This document shows positions 24,871-37,500 of a DNA stretch of 64,000 nt, piece by piece (positions within the stretch are counted from its first letter, which is position 1; every line of letters starts with the position of its first letter). The position numbers and the translations under genes were made by a program. Origin of the DNA: Phoronis australis (Eukaryota; Animalia; Phoronida); NCBI GenBank assembly GCA_002633005.1, contig NMRA01000013.1, positions 1,550,185 to 1,614,184 on the forward strand. Reading direction: 5' to 3'. The notes beneath the pieces were generated by a model. The model worked only from the letters and a program-made list of their open reading frames with translations. It did not search any database and was not told the origin of the DNA.

Positions 24871-25747
24871 CCCTCGACGATATGATATAATAAAGATAAA
24901 GGCATACAACTGCTATTCAGTATGGCCGGCTGCCAGGCACTTCAGGAATAACTCAAAGCATGTCAAATCTGGGAGTGATTTATGTCCCATTTTTTCCGTT
25001 CTGCGACTGCAGCACGTTCACGACACTAGTTACATTTGTTGACATGGAAACCAATAAATAACATAAATACCTCCATATTTACCTAGTTCAATCGGCAAAA
25101 TTCACGGCAAAGCGTAGATCCCGAAATGTTCCAATTGGCATCAACTAATGCGCATGGTCATTAAGGCCGCTGACAACATCACCAAAACGCTTACGCCAAC
25201 TAAAAACAGCAACATTATCTTTGTACTACTCCAGGAGCATACTGATTGAGTACAAGAAAATAGGTCAACATTTCAAGGGGACCTTCCAGTTTCCTTCCAT
25301 TTGCCCAAATCATGCTTGTATGTGAATTAATTTTTGTATTTGATTATTGTATTGGATTAGAATGTAAACAACAACATTGTAGTGTGAACTGCTCCATCAG
25401 TTTACTCTGCCTCTATTGTTGCTGTTTTTAGGCGATGTAAGCATTCTGAAGATGTTGCGAGGAGCCTTATGAGCATGCGCATTAGTTGATGCCAATTGGA
25501 ACATTTCGGGATCTACGCTTTGCCGTGAATGTTGTCGATCGAACAAGGAAAATCTGGAGATATTTATGGTATTTATTGGTTTCGATGTCAACAAATGCAA
25601 CTAGTGAACAGACTGCAGACACAGAAAAACGTGACTTAAATTACTCCTAGGTTTGACATGCTTTGAGTTATTGCGGAAGTGCCTGGTGGCTGGCCATATT
25701 GAATAGCAGTTGTATACCTTCTCTTTAAAATAGTATATCGTCGAGGG
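24871..25747. mobile_element. Foldback/MITE element with ~340-bp inverted arms in MTIF3 intron 1 (piggyBac-like CCC...GGG ends)
   Basis: Arm 24871-~25215 is the reverse complement of ~25410-25747, for example CACGGCAAAGCGTAGATCCCGAAATGTTCCAATTGGCATCAACTAATGCGCATG. Flanks tcag and ctaa may be a decayed TTAA. Confidence 0.8.
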
Positions 25748-25970
25748 CTAATTAAGTGTGCCTGTTGTCAGGGTAAAGTAACTACTAGTCTACACAAGTG
25801 TTCAGTAGCTGTCTCGGGGTTAGAAAAATGGTTGCCATCAAGACAGCATCGCTAATCATTGGGGACACTTGACATCTACTCCTTGCAACCCTATCTGGTT
25901 TGTCACAGTAAGTACATCATCATGTCCAATTGTTTTCCAGAACATTGGTCGCAATTCCCACGTAGCTGTG

Positions 25971-27534
25971 ATGTCACACACTGGAGTTTTACACAGAATT
26001 ACCAGCAAGAGCGTTGGCCTGTTATTGTGCAATAGATGGCGTTTGATGACTCCGCAGCTGTCCAAAACGCTGACCTCATCACGTTCGTTAGTGTTAGGCC
26101 AACAAAACTTCTTTTGTACGTGTGGTGCTTTGGAAAGTAAGCGAAAACGCGACAGAGATTCGTCTATGAGAGAAGTGTCGGCATCACTATCCTCTCGTAG
26201 ATTAGTCAAACTGATAAATGAAGAGGGGGCGCTGATGGGCGTGATGCAGAAGGATAAAGCACAAGAGATCGCTGCAAGACGCAATCTGAAGCTGTTCTGC
26301 TGGGACGAATCATGCCATCCGTCTGTGTATAAACTGATGACTGGGATGGAACAGTATGAAGAAACAATCCGAAGAAGACGTGAAAAGACACGGGTAAAAC
26401 TGGGTCCGGAGAAAATAGTGAAGGTGTCATCAAAAATTAGTGGACATGACTTGTTGGTGAAGTTGAAACACGTTCACGAAATGATTGGTAAACGCCACCC
26501 GGTGAAATTTGTGTCCAAAACAGCTGCCGATGAAGATTCTCAGGTACTGAGTTTGAGAAAAAGGTCATTTTAGAGGGTTCATCTTTGAATATTTCGTGCT
26601 TGTTATGCAGTTCTCTTGTTGCATTTCTAGATGACGCTTAGAACTTTCGCATCAGTAATTAGATTTGAAATCACTATGTTAAAAAAGAAAGAAAGCAAAC
26701 TACACCCTTTGTTTGATTAGCTTGAACTCAGGTAAATAATAATCCTGTGTGATAATTGATTTCACATTCATACTTCACAGGCCACTAAAATCTTGTTTGG
26801 TATTGTGCTCTAAATTGCAGTCAAAACTTTTATCTGCTGGTGATTGTATAAATGTTGTCTTGTCAGCCACGACCAACTTTTACCATTGCGTTTTATTTGC
26901 TAACATTGCCAGACTCTGGTGCAAAGTTAAGTTTTATCAGCTCTTATGTTTTTAATCTTTATTTATTCAACAAAAGATCCATGTTCGTTGTTATTTTTCT
27001 GCTCCAAGAGTGTCTTTTTACCTTTTTCCACTTCCAGACTGTTGAATTAACTTCTCTGCAACTATTGTCTCCTGACAATGTTGTCTGCTCCAACAACTAC
27101 CCGTCTTTTGAANCGAAGACTTGCACCAGGGAAATTAGCAGTAATAAGGCTTAGCGCGACGACGTATTTTGATAAAAATTCCATCTTTTACCAGTTGTTT
27201 ACATGCAGACAGCCACGCATGCGCAATTCAATCACCACTAGTACAGCAGCGACACCGCGAGGAGAATTCTCCGAATAGCCCCATTTTCATTGTATTTTGA
27301 ATACCGGCTTGATGAACGACTTTGGCCTATTATGACATATCGCACCCATCCAGTTTTCTTGTTTTCCAGGAAACTTTGTCCTCCAAACAGTCCAAGTTGT
27401 TTGAACAAATTCGTGCCGAGTTTTCTGCAGTAGGCAAAGTGACTGAAGCTTCACGCAAGTCCACAGAACTGACAGTTATGATAACACCAACAGTGAATGA
27501 ATCAGAAGACAGTAGAATTGCTGAAGAGAGCTGA
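25971..27534 (+). CDS. MTIF3: Mitochondrial translation initiation factor 3 (about 245 aa; coding exons 25971-26543 and 27370-27534)
   Basis: N-terminal presequence rich in Arg/Ser/Leu and lacking acidic residues. IF3-N signature VKLINEEGALMGVM..A...A....LKL...PSVYKLMTG. IF3-C signature KIVKVSSKISGHDLLVKLKHV.EMIGKRHPVK. Phase-0 intron CAG|gtactg...ttttccag|GAA. Confidence 0.85.
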
Positions 27535-30500
27535 TCGTTGTTGCTGACCAAACGCTTGTGGAGTAGCGATACGAGGTGTGAAAATGCATCAATACATGCA
27601 CTTGTTTACAAGAAACTGACTCGCTTAGGTCGCAGGTGGTTACCTTAGATTTTCTCCAATTTGTGTATTAGCACTTCATTCCGAGAAATTAAAAATTCGC
27701 CTTTTTGTATAAACCTTCGCAGTCTGTTTCGATTTCGACGAATGCAAGGTTTACTGTTGGATTAGCTGACCCATGTTTCAGTTGGCACAATTCTGTCACC
27801 ATGATTATATGACCCCGTTTAAGGGTCACTTCGATGCTTAAAACTCAGAACATTATCTTCCGCCAAGGGTAATAACAATCTGGCTAGGGCACAAGCTGCT
27901 TTACCATTTGGAATTGTCTTCACTCTTTTTATTGTCTCTAAAGTTAAGAATGAGGTGTTATTTTTACAAAGAATTGACACGGTGTGCCTGTGGAGCTTTC
28001 AATGACAAGACTTGACTAATGCTTGATGGGAGTTCCATCAATAAAACTGACTAAAGCTAAAGCCATAAATGGCTAATGGATCTTTATTGTTTTATTCATT
28101 TGTTTTCATAAAATTACATCATTCACATATTTCAGTATACACACACTCTTAAACTGGCATCTTTCTAATTAAAACCGTTCTGCCGTTTTAAATTCTTTTT
28201 TTCTCATTAACCAAAAGCTCTTTCCCGGTTTCAAACCCTTATTGCATGATTGGACCCAACTTCTATGAAATCACATTTCTGACAAACGTTTTTGGCAAGT
28301 TTAAAATGCCAGATTATTTAAAATTGAGACATTAAATCATACGATTAGTACTTCTAAGACAAGAAGATGGCACTTGTTAAAGCATTTTTTTGCTACAAAA
28401 CTGTAGCTTAGAAAAGCACCACTTGACCATAAACAACAAGCTCCAAGATAACACATTGCATCACCAGCTAGTATATAAGAGCTCTACACATGATTGACAT
28501 GGGAAATGCAAGTTCACCCGAAATATTTTACGATTTACACATCTCCACCTGTCCTCTTTCATACAAAATTAATCCCACGACTGAGACACAATTTGCACAA
28601 GCCCAAACTACAGAACGAGACAAAAAGTGATGAGAGACAAAATATCGTTTCCCTACCATGCTAATTCTGTCAAAAGCAAACATGACGGGTAATACCTTTT
28701 ATGGCGACAAAACTTAATTACAGAATGGTTTAGCAGCCTTACTAATTTTACAATTAATTCCCCTGTACTTTCAATCAAGGGAGACAACTACTCTGACAAT
28801 GAATTTGTCTTCCATCCAGCTGTCACGACGGGGGAATTCCGGGTCATTTTGTACGAATATTTTTAGCTTTTACTATACATGTAATATTTTTTCAATGCAT
28901 CCTGGAAGGATCTAAAGGGTCAATATTTTGAAAGATGCAAAGATGCAAATTACAAAATAATCCGTTGATTCACAGCACTTCTTAAACTAAACTGGATAAA
29001 GTCGAATGTTGACAAAATTTTGATACGCAAAAGAACAGCAATGAATGTCCACTTCAATACCAAAAAATCAATCCTGGGCACATTTTTAGTAGTAAAAATC
29101 TCCAAAGCTCCCGCACCTATCTATTTACTGGAATTTCTCTTATGCGCTTCCTCCGAATTATAGAATTACCTGCTAGGCACCATAACTGTGTCATGTCAAA
29201 CTCTTGCTAAAATTCGTCAATGTACTATTTCCTAACAATGTAAGTTCCATCTGATTGCTGAAGATTGACACAATGTACATCAAATTTTGGCAGAGTTCAG
29301 CCAAAGTTTATCCTGCTTACCTTGAACACTACTGTACAAACACTGGTGTAGAAATATACACTTAGCATTCAAAATAACAGATCCTTTAGTATATGCCAAA
29401 ATTAATCAGACAAAAATGAAATTCCTGCCAAGATGACTGGGTGCAAGTGGAATTCATAATGTAGTAGCCACCCGCCATGATTGGGAATTCACTGGAAAAT
29501 TTACATTAAAGTAGAAACGTTATTCAGCAGGCTTTTTGAGTCACCGTCTAGTCAATTTAACTTGCTGTAAACGACATAAGGTGTCATTTCTGGTAAATAG
29601 CATTTTGATTTTGCTTGATTATTTGTAGCATGCAGTTTTATTAGTACAAAGATGCAATGCATAGTGTGCAAGAGTGGTGGACTTATAGGGATTCATGAGG
29701 TTTAAACCCCTCGAGTACCCTGTTGACAAAATCACAGGTCCGTTGCTAAGTAGCCACATAACTTTCGACATGCATACTGCTGGCAGCATAAACTATTGTC
29801 CAGAGCTACACACGTCATAAGAAGAGAAAATGGAGTTTCAACAACTGATTGCTAGTATGATAATCGATTAATGATCAAAATATCACAATGCACCTATCAG
29901 CAGAGATCACGAGCAAATATTGAGCCCCTTTTATATGCAACAATCTACATGGTTATTAAGTTTGGCAAACAATAAAGATCGTAGTAATACAGTGATCATA
30001 AAATGAAATTGCAATCTTAACAATGGCATTACATTATGAGAGATCAAGACAAACCGACGGTCCCCATATACTTTAAAGCAATACAGTAATGGACCACAAT
30101 TAAAACGCTACAATCCAATGTGTACCCAAATCAAAATGTAAGATGGCAGACTATTGTCTAGTATAGACCACACACAAAAGTTCAATCATGAACAAGGCTC
30201 AACATAATCTGCACGGAGAGAAATCATTATGCAAAAACAATTTAAAGTGATTACAAACCCCGTCCTTAATCGCAAAACAAACTTCTCATTTAGACCATTT
30301 AGTCAAATTTGATGTGGTTTCAATGTTTTGAATGAACAGTTTGTTGTTGCGCGAGACCAAGCTTTGCAGGTAAACTTAACATGGCGTGTTATTTTGAGTG
30401 CCAAGTATGGTCTTAAGGAATATTGAACTTTGCAAAACTAGAAATCAATTCTCAGCTGAGTAAGGAAAAGGTAGAGACCAATTTTATAACGTTAAGTGAT

Positions 30501-31565
30501 GGAACTCGAAAGATTGCTTCTTGGATGTAACGCATCATAATAGTCACTTAAAATGAATACAGTGCATTAGCAGTGAACTGTAAAACATCGGAGTTCAAGC
30601 CTATAGGGTATGTGTCACACTAACATACGAGACATGTGTTTGTGACGAAGATGCACTGCCGGAATTTGTTTTCCTCGTTAGCGTACCTAGCAACAGGACA
30701 CCAGTGAGAGAAGAGATGAACGTGATATAGACTGAGAGGTTTCAAGAGGTGAATGTGATGTAGACTGAGAGGTTTCAAAATGCTGCATTTCGCTCTGTTG
30801 AGATGAAAATTGAATTAGGCCAGTTATTCTCTAACATGGTATTGTAACATTCCTTAACGTGATAGGGTTTTAATTACGTTACCAACTCATGTTACAGGCA
30901 ATGAGTAATTATATGCACCGTTTCGGATGTCCACTTTTAGGGTTGGCTATATCCAATAAACTCTGAGAAGTGTTTTCGTAAGTTGCTGATGGCTTTTGAC
31001 GTTCGATGTTCATAATGAATGTATATATACTCCTATCACGGTAAGGAATATTACGAGACCAATTTTATAAGTATAGAAGTCATAATTCAATTTTTATTTT
31101 TAACATGCTAAACAGGGCCAAATGGAACTTCAAAAGAGGTCGGGCAAGTGGAAGTCTATGCGAGATAAACCCGGGGACGGGGTTAGACCAGAACAGATAC
31201 GCTAACAGAAGAATTCACTGCAGTCGACATTGACTAGAATATTCACTGGCAGAACGTAATTACAGCATAAACCTGGGTTGTAATTAAAGACAGTCACAAG
31301 TTGATGTAATAACAGGAATTATTTGCCAAGGACAGAGCATTTTAAAAAATGCACCTTATAAAAGATATTAGCAATATTACTTCAAAATTAACATGACCAC
31401 CTTGTTATGGGTGTTCTTTTCCGTGCACTTGGCCATATAGTCAGATTTCAACTTGGATAAAATCTCTCAGAGTAGTTCGATACCACTTGATAAATTTTAC
31501 TGAGAGCACAAAAAAATCACTCATTTAGTATTATGCATAAGTTAATATTATTCCCATTTTATTTC

Positions 31566-34500
31566 TCACTTTGGGATTGATGAAGGCCTTGAAATTTGTT
31601 CCTTAATACGATGAACGCTCCTGTTCACAGGTTGTTGAGTGCTCTCACTTGAATTTCCTGCTCGTGTATGAAACCGAGGTCGTGGCACGGGTTGGTGGGT
31701 AAAGTTTGCTACCTGCAAATCCACGGCATCAGCTGAACCGCTTCGATGCGTTTTAACACTGGAACCTTCAGTTAATTCCAGTTCGCTGTGAGCTCGCATC
31801 AAGTGTCCGTGATTGGCAAACAGTGCCAGTGTTTCATAGCTGGGAGAAATCTCCGGCACACGAATGTTTTCCTGCTCTAAAACGTCTTTTGGGATTAATC
31901 CTTTCAACTTTGACACTGTGTCAAGCAGAGCTGCCCTTTCCACCTCCAAAGTATGCACGTGTTGTTGGAGTTTCGATGATGTCGTCTGCAACATTTCGAT
32001 CGTCTGCTCCTGCGCGTGTCCATGACTGTGGGCAGTGCGCAACTGTTCAATAAGCTCCGCGTTCTGGCGCCTCAAGTTCGTATTAGCTGTCTCCAGTTTC
32101 TGCGTCAGGTCGTCGTCATCGTCTGCTTTGCGTGGGGAGGCAACCATCTCCTCTTGTAACACGTGATACTCCACCTCATACGCCTGCAATTCCTGGGTGA
32201 TGTCTAGTGCAAACACCTAAACAAAAAGAAAGGTACCGCAAACTTGCGTTAGGCACACAATCATTCTAAACCGGTTCTACATATCAAATGCTGGTTTCAC
32301 ATTCACAATGAAAAGTTGAAGAATCAGTGAGTACAATCAAAAATGTCACCTGTAGTAAGAGAATAAAGATCTCCACACTTTACAAAAAACATTCTCCAAC
32401 CAGATTTTCACATAATATGTCTATCGACAGCATACAGTCGAGAAAACAAAGTGCGTTGCCAGACATTTTATGGAAATGGAACATTTCTTTGTAAATTTAC
32501 GTACACAGCACTTCCTGCTTCAAATGCAGCAAGATCACTTACTACTTTCAATCCATTTCCAAAGGCCTATGGTAAAAGTTCTTCGGTTTATGACACAGTA
32601 TAGCGGGAAAATTTCTCAATAAAAATAACTACCAAAATAATTTTGCTTCCTTGTAATTATGGTTGAGCTTTATAGCTGTCACTAAACAACATTTGCCATT
32701 AGTAAACCTTTGAAAAATGTCAATTTCAGCAATTAATATTGTCCCAAGAATTTATACCATAACATCTAGAGTTTACACAAACTGGGACAGCACTATAAAA
32801 CCATAACCACTACCTTTACCTCCCTGTTTGTTCCTTCCCTCTCCTTACTGCCACCCTGCCGCCAGTCCTTCATCCATTTCTCCCACCTCCATGTCCTTAC
32901 CTCCCTTTCTCACTACCTCACTGCCCCTTCCCTCCCACCCGTCTTCCATCCCTCTCTTCCTCACTCTCTACTTGCTCCCCTCCGTACCCACTCCTTGTCC
33001 TTCCCTCCCTCCCTCCATCTGTCTCTCCCTCACTCCCTTCCTGCTCTGCCCTCCCTGCCCCCTCCTTGTCCTTCCCTCCCTCCCTCCCTCCCACCCACCC
33101 TCCACCTGTCTCTCCCTCACTCCTCCCGCATCACTCCCACACTCCCTNNNNNNNNNNNNNNNNNNNNNNNNNNNNNNNNNNNNNNNNNNNNNNNNNNNNN
33201 NNNNNNNNNNNNNNNNNNNNNNNNNNNNNNNNNNNNNNNNNNNNNNNNNNNNNNNNNNNNNNNNNNNNNNNNNNNNNNNAATGTAGTCTTGAGGAACTGG
33301 ACGATGGACTCAAAGCTGTCACACTGCATGAGCAGCTCTTTGTTGTTGCCCAAGATGATAAGGGCCACTTTGAAAATCACCTCCATACCAAAGACAAAGA
33401 TGAGATCTGGAATTATAGTATTACTAACTATATGTGTGTGAAGTGTACTATGGAGTTCTTGAAGTCTTTCATCAGATTTCAATGTCCTTTGAGTTTGATG
33501 CAATACATCATAAGACATTCATTTCTTCATTCACTCATGCTTAAATACTTGTATGGAAGTCTACAAATCACAATGTTTAATTTATTAAAACTATAGAACA
33601 GGAATACTCCTTAACACGTTGACCCAAGGAAAGGTGGTGAGTTTGAACAGCTATAGAACATGTGTTCGTCAGCAACATTGCTTGAAATATGCCATGCACT
33701 ACATTTAGTTTAAGCTGGAGATTACAAGTCTTCATAGTTAGAAAAGCTTAATATTTTATGTTATTGGACAAACTTGCCTCTCAACAACATAAAGAAATAT
33801 CCCATGAAATTACAGCATCAAAAAATACCAGTAAATTGGTGTTTATTCATGGCATAAATGGAAATAAAAAGTGCAACAACGTGTTTACAAATACTAATAA
33901 AACCAGAAGAATTCTGCCTAAATTAAGCCTGACACATGAATAATTAAATGAATTGTGGAGAAAACAAAACACAATTCCTTGAAAGACTGGCCAACGAATG
34001 GTTTATTGGCACACATTAGTATCTCATGATAGTACTGGGGTATTCTAAGAAGGAATTACCTAAGTGACAATAATCACAACCTGGGGTCAAGATTAAATAT
34101 AGAAATTCACAAATAACTTGACAAATATCGAAGAAATTTTTTAGTAAAAATTTTGACTAATTCACTAATCATTTAATCTCCTTTGCCATAAATTCGACGA
34201 TGAATTGCGACGAAACTTGTCAACCTTTTCTTGAAAACAACAGCATGCAAAACTGTGCACAGGCACTTGAAAGAACAAGAACCTACCAAAGACACGGGCA
34301 ACAAATCCTAGTGGAAACTGCGATGCAAATAACGTCAGGAACCACGGGGCGGCATAGAGTGTTGGTACTATTTCGTTGTTCTCAAAATGTTCGTAGAGAT
34401 CTTTGTGGTGGTCGTGAAGCAATCGGGACAGCTGGTACATCTGAATCTGAAACATAAAGTTGTACGTTAGGGTAAGTATACATATGATCACGTGTCAGGT

Positions 34501-37500
34501 TTATCAAGATCTTGTTAATGAGAGAGAGCAAATTCTGAAGGAATGGGAAATAAACTGAACACCATACCTTTAATAGCTAGGATTTATTTATATTCTCATC
34601 CTCAACTTCTCAAGAACACAACTCTCATGTTACTCTATCTGCTGCCTATGTCTTTTTGTTCTACAGTTAGTTTTTTATTTGGACAATGATACAAAAAATT
34701 GTTAAAAGAACACCAAACCTAGTTTTGGCTTATTAACAGATATTAAAAACGACATTCCCGTCCAGTTTTTTGAAACAAGATAATGCTCTGTAACCCTCGA
34801 CAACCCTCAAAAGTTTGAAGCAAAAATTAGAAAACTCCTTTTGAAGTCTGCTAAATGGGCAGACGTGACCTATGCTTTCAGCAAATTGCCAAGACAATTG
34901 TACAGTACGATTGACACCAATGATGCATTAGCAGGTGACAGAACAAGAATTGGCTGAAATCATCAAAACAAGGTTTAATTTTCTATAAATGATAGCGAAG
35001 AAAGAAAAGGAACTCCTTCAACAGTCTCCCGCTCATTCGGTGGTTTGCAACCCCTGGCTTCTGTAGAGTGAGTCGACGAGAATCTCAGTTTATTACCCAG
35101 CCATGGCTTGTATTTGTTTACACAACCGAGTCAACTGCAGCAATACATGTAAGGTGCCTTGATCACTGACCCAACCACACAGCTGGAGTAACCAGGGATT
35201 GAATCCATGACTTTTCAGTAAAGAGTCTATCTCACTAACCATGAAACTCATAAGAGGATATGGGTGGTCAGGTGGCTCTGATAGTAGTTTATATAGCATC
35301 TTATGAAATGTTATGACCACTGATGGAACGTGGTACCTGTAAAGCCACCATGTCTGGTTTGTATTGTCTACGGAAGCCCAACTGGAACATTATGTACCTG
35401 TAAAGCCACCATGTCTGGTTTATATTGTCTACGGAAGCCCAACTAAAACATTATGTAACTGTAAAGCCACCATGTCTGGTTTATATTGTCTATGGAAGCC
35501 AAACTAAAACATTATGTAACTGTAAAGCCACCAAGTCTGGTTTATATTGTCTATGGAAGCCAAACTAGAACATTATGTACCTGTAAAGCCACCATGTCTG
35601 GTTTGTATTGTCTACGGAAGCCCAACTGGAACATTATGTACTTGAACATTTCAAACGAACGTTCCTCAGGTACCTGCAAGAACAGGATTGTTGTATCACT
35701 AAAAGAGAGAGTCATGCAAGGAAGAGAGCAGTTTTATGTGACATTTAGATAATAGAGATGCTTCGTCTTGCAATAGTGTCATTTATCTAAACTGTGAGTG
35801 GAGTCGAAAAACAAAGTCTGTACAATATTGTGTCCAGAGTAAAATAACAGCTTTTTTAATCAAAAAAGTTGACAAATTTTATCGAAATTTGTCTGACTGT
35901 CAAATTATGCTGAAAACTTGGATGCAAAACGGATAAAAAACAACACTAACCTTATTACTCGAGTATTAGACAGAAATGTTTACTTTGAAAAACTACAGAT
36001 TCTGGACGACACTAACACTAACTAAATGCACATTAAACAAGAAAAAAGGCAGACAATCCACACATCTCTGATTAGTGCCCTAACTTTTAAAGAAAGTATT
36101 GACATTGTGAACCTTGATTAGATAAAAATTTTCACACACTCCAACCTCTGTACATACATGCATAAGTAGGAAGCCAGCAACGAAACTGAGCCCTTGACAA
36201 TAGCCAACCTCCTTGTCCAGCAGAGAGTAGGCTTTCAATAGGTTGAACAGAGCCAACTGGCCGGCACCCGTTTGACTAGAGAAGTAAGGGTGACTGGGAA
36301 ACGTGCGACCTAGAATGACACGGGCAGAGAATATAGAGGTTTTTACCCTATTAGCAAACACGCGATTGACATGTGAAAATCGGTTCTGCCAAAGTTCACA
36401 TGAAAAGGACTGAGAAAATTTCACTCATTTTTTGCATGATATGTACTGGCAAATGTATAAGCTGTCATGAGACAGCTGGCAAAAATTTGATCTACATGGT
36501 AAACAATCTTAGGAAAGTGAAAACTTCCAGCTTAGGCAAATTCTTTTGTCCTTTGTTGACCGTCAGTAAAAAGGAAGCCACGAATATTATAAGTACTCAG
36601 GATACGCTTATGTTAATTTTTTGTTTGTCACAATCCAGTTTTCAACGCAAGATCACTTTGCTAGAAACAATCACATTTTTACCATGAATTATTTTTGACA
36701 GTTATAAATCATAATCCATCACATGCTAAACATATTGAAAAATATCATAACGTGTATATTTGATGAGAAATTTTGACAAGAATCATCTTTAGTGCTAATA
36801 AGTGATGAATCACGGTGTACACTCATTACATGTGAGTTTGAAGACGCTGTTGGTAAAAGATAAAATAGTAATAAAATTTTTCACCAACTGAACAGTCATC
36901 AGTTACAATCTAACCAATCCCTTACCTAAGTCTATGAGGATGGAGTGCTGATGTGTGGTGAGCTGCCTCAAGAGGTCGTGGAACTGTAGCCCGTGGTCAA
37001 TCCCCTGGGGCAGCTGCTGCAGACCTGGGTTGGACAGTTTGTGCTGGAGGGTGAGGAACTCCCAGATTTCGCCGCGCTTCCGTCGCGGCACACCTACAGG
37101 GGTGACGGTGTGAGTGAATTGAGGGGCAGAAATAGGGACATACGCAGATACAAATGCATATAAAAATTTACACAAAAACACAAGTTGAAGTTTTTTGGAA
37201 GACCCTCTTTCAGATTCATTTTTAGTTAAAAGCAATGCTAAAATATGCTTTTCAATATAAACTAATCTAATAAAAACATTTTTTCCAAAAGATGACATTC
37301 GAACAAGACATTAATTTTTTGAAAATAATAAAATCAACAGTTTTTTAAAAGACTTCTGTTATAACACAATAGATGCCAAAACTGAATGACAATGGAGTTT
37401 GCTTTTTACAACACATGCGATTAACAAAGAGTTTCTATCTTTGAGCTCAATTTCAATTAGATGAATGTTATGTGTGTTCTGATGAAAACAAATTGTCTAC

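Noticed and set aside
32828-33596. Pro/Ser/Leu-rich plus-strand ORFs
   Set aside because: Translation of a C/T low-complexity tract and the gap. The real exon is on the minus strand.
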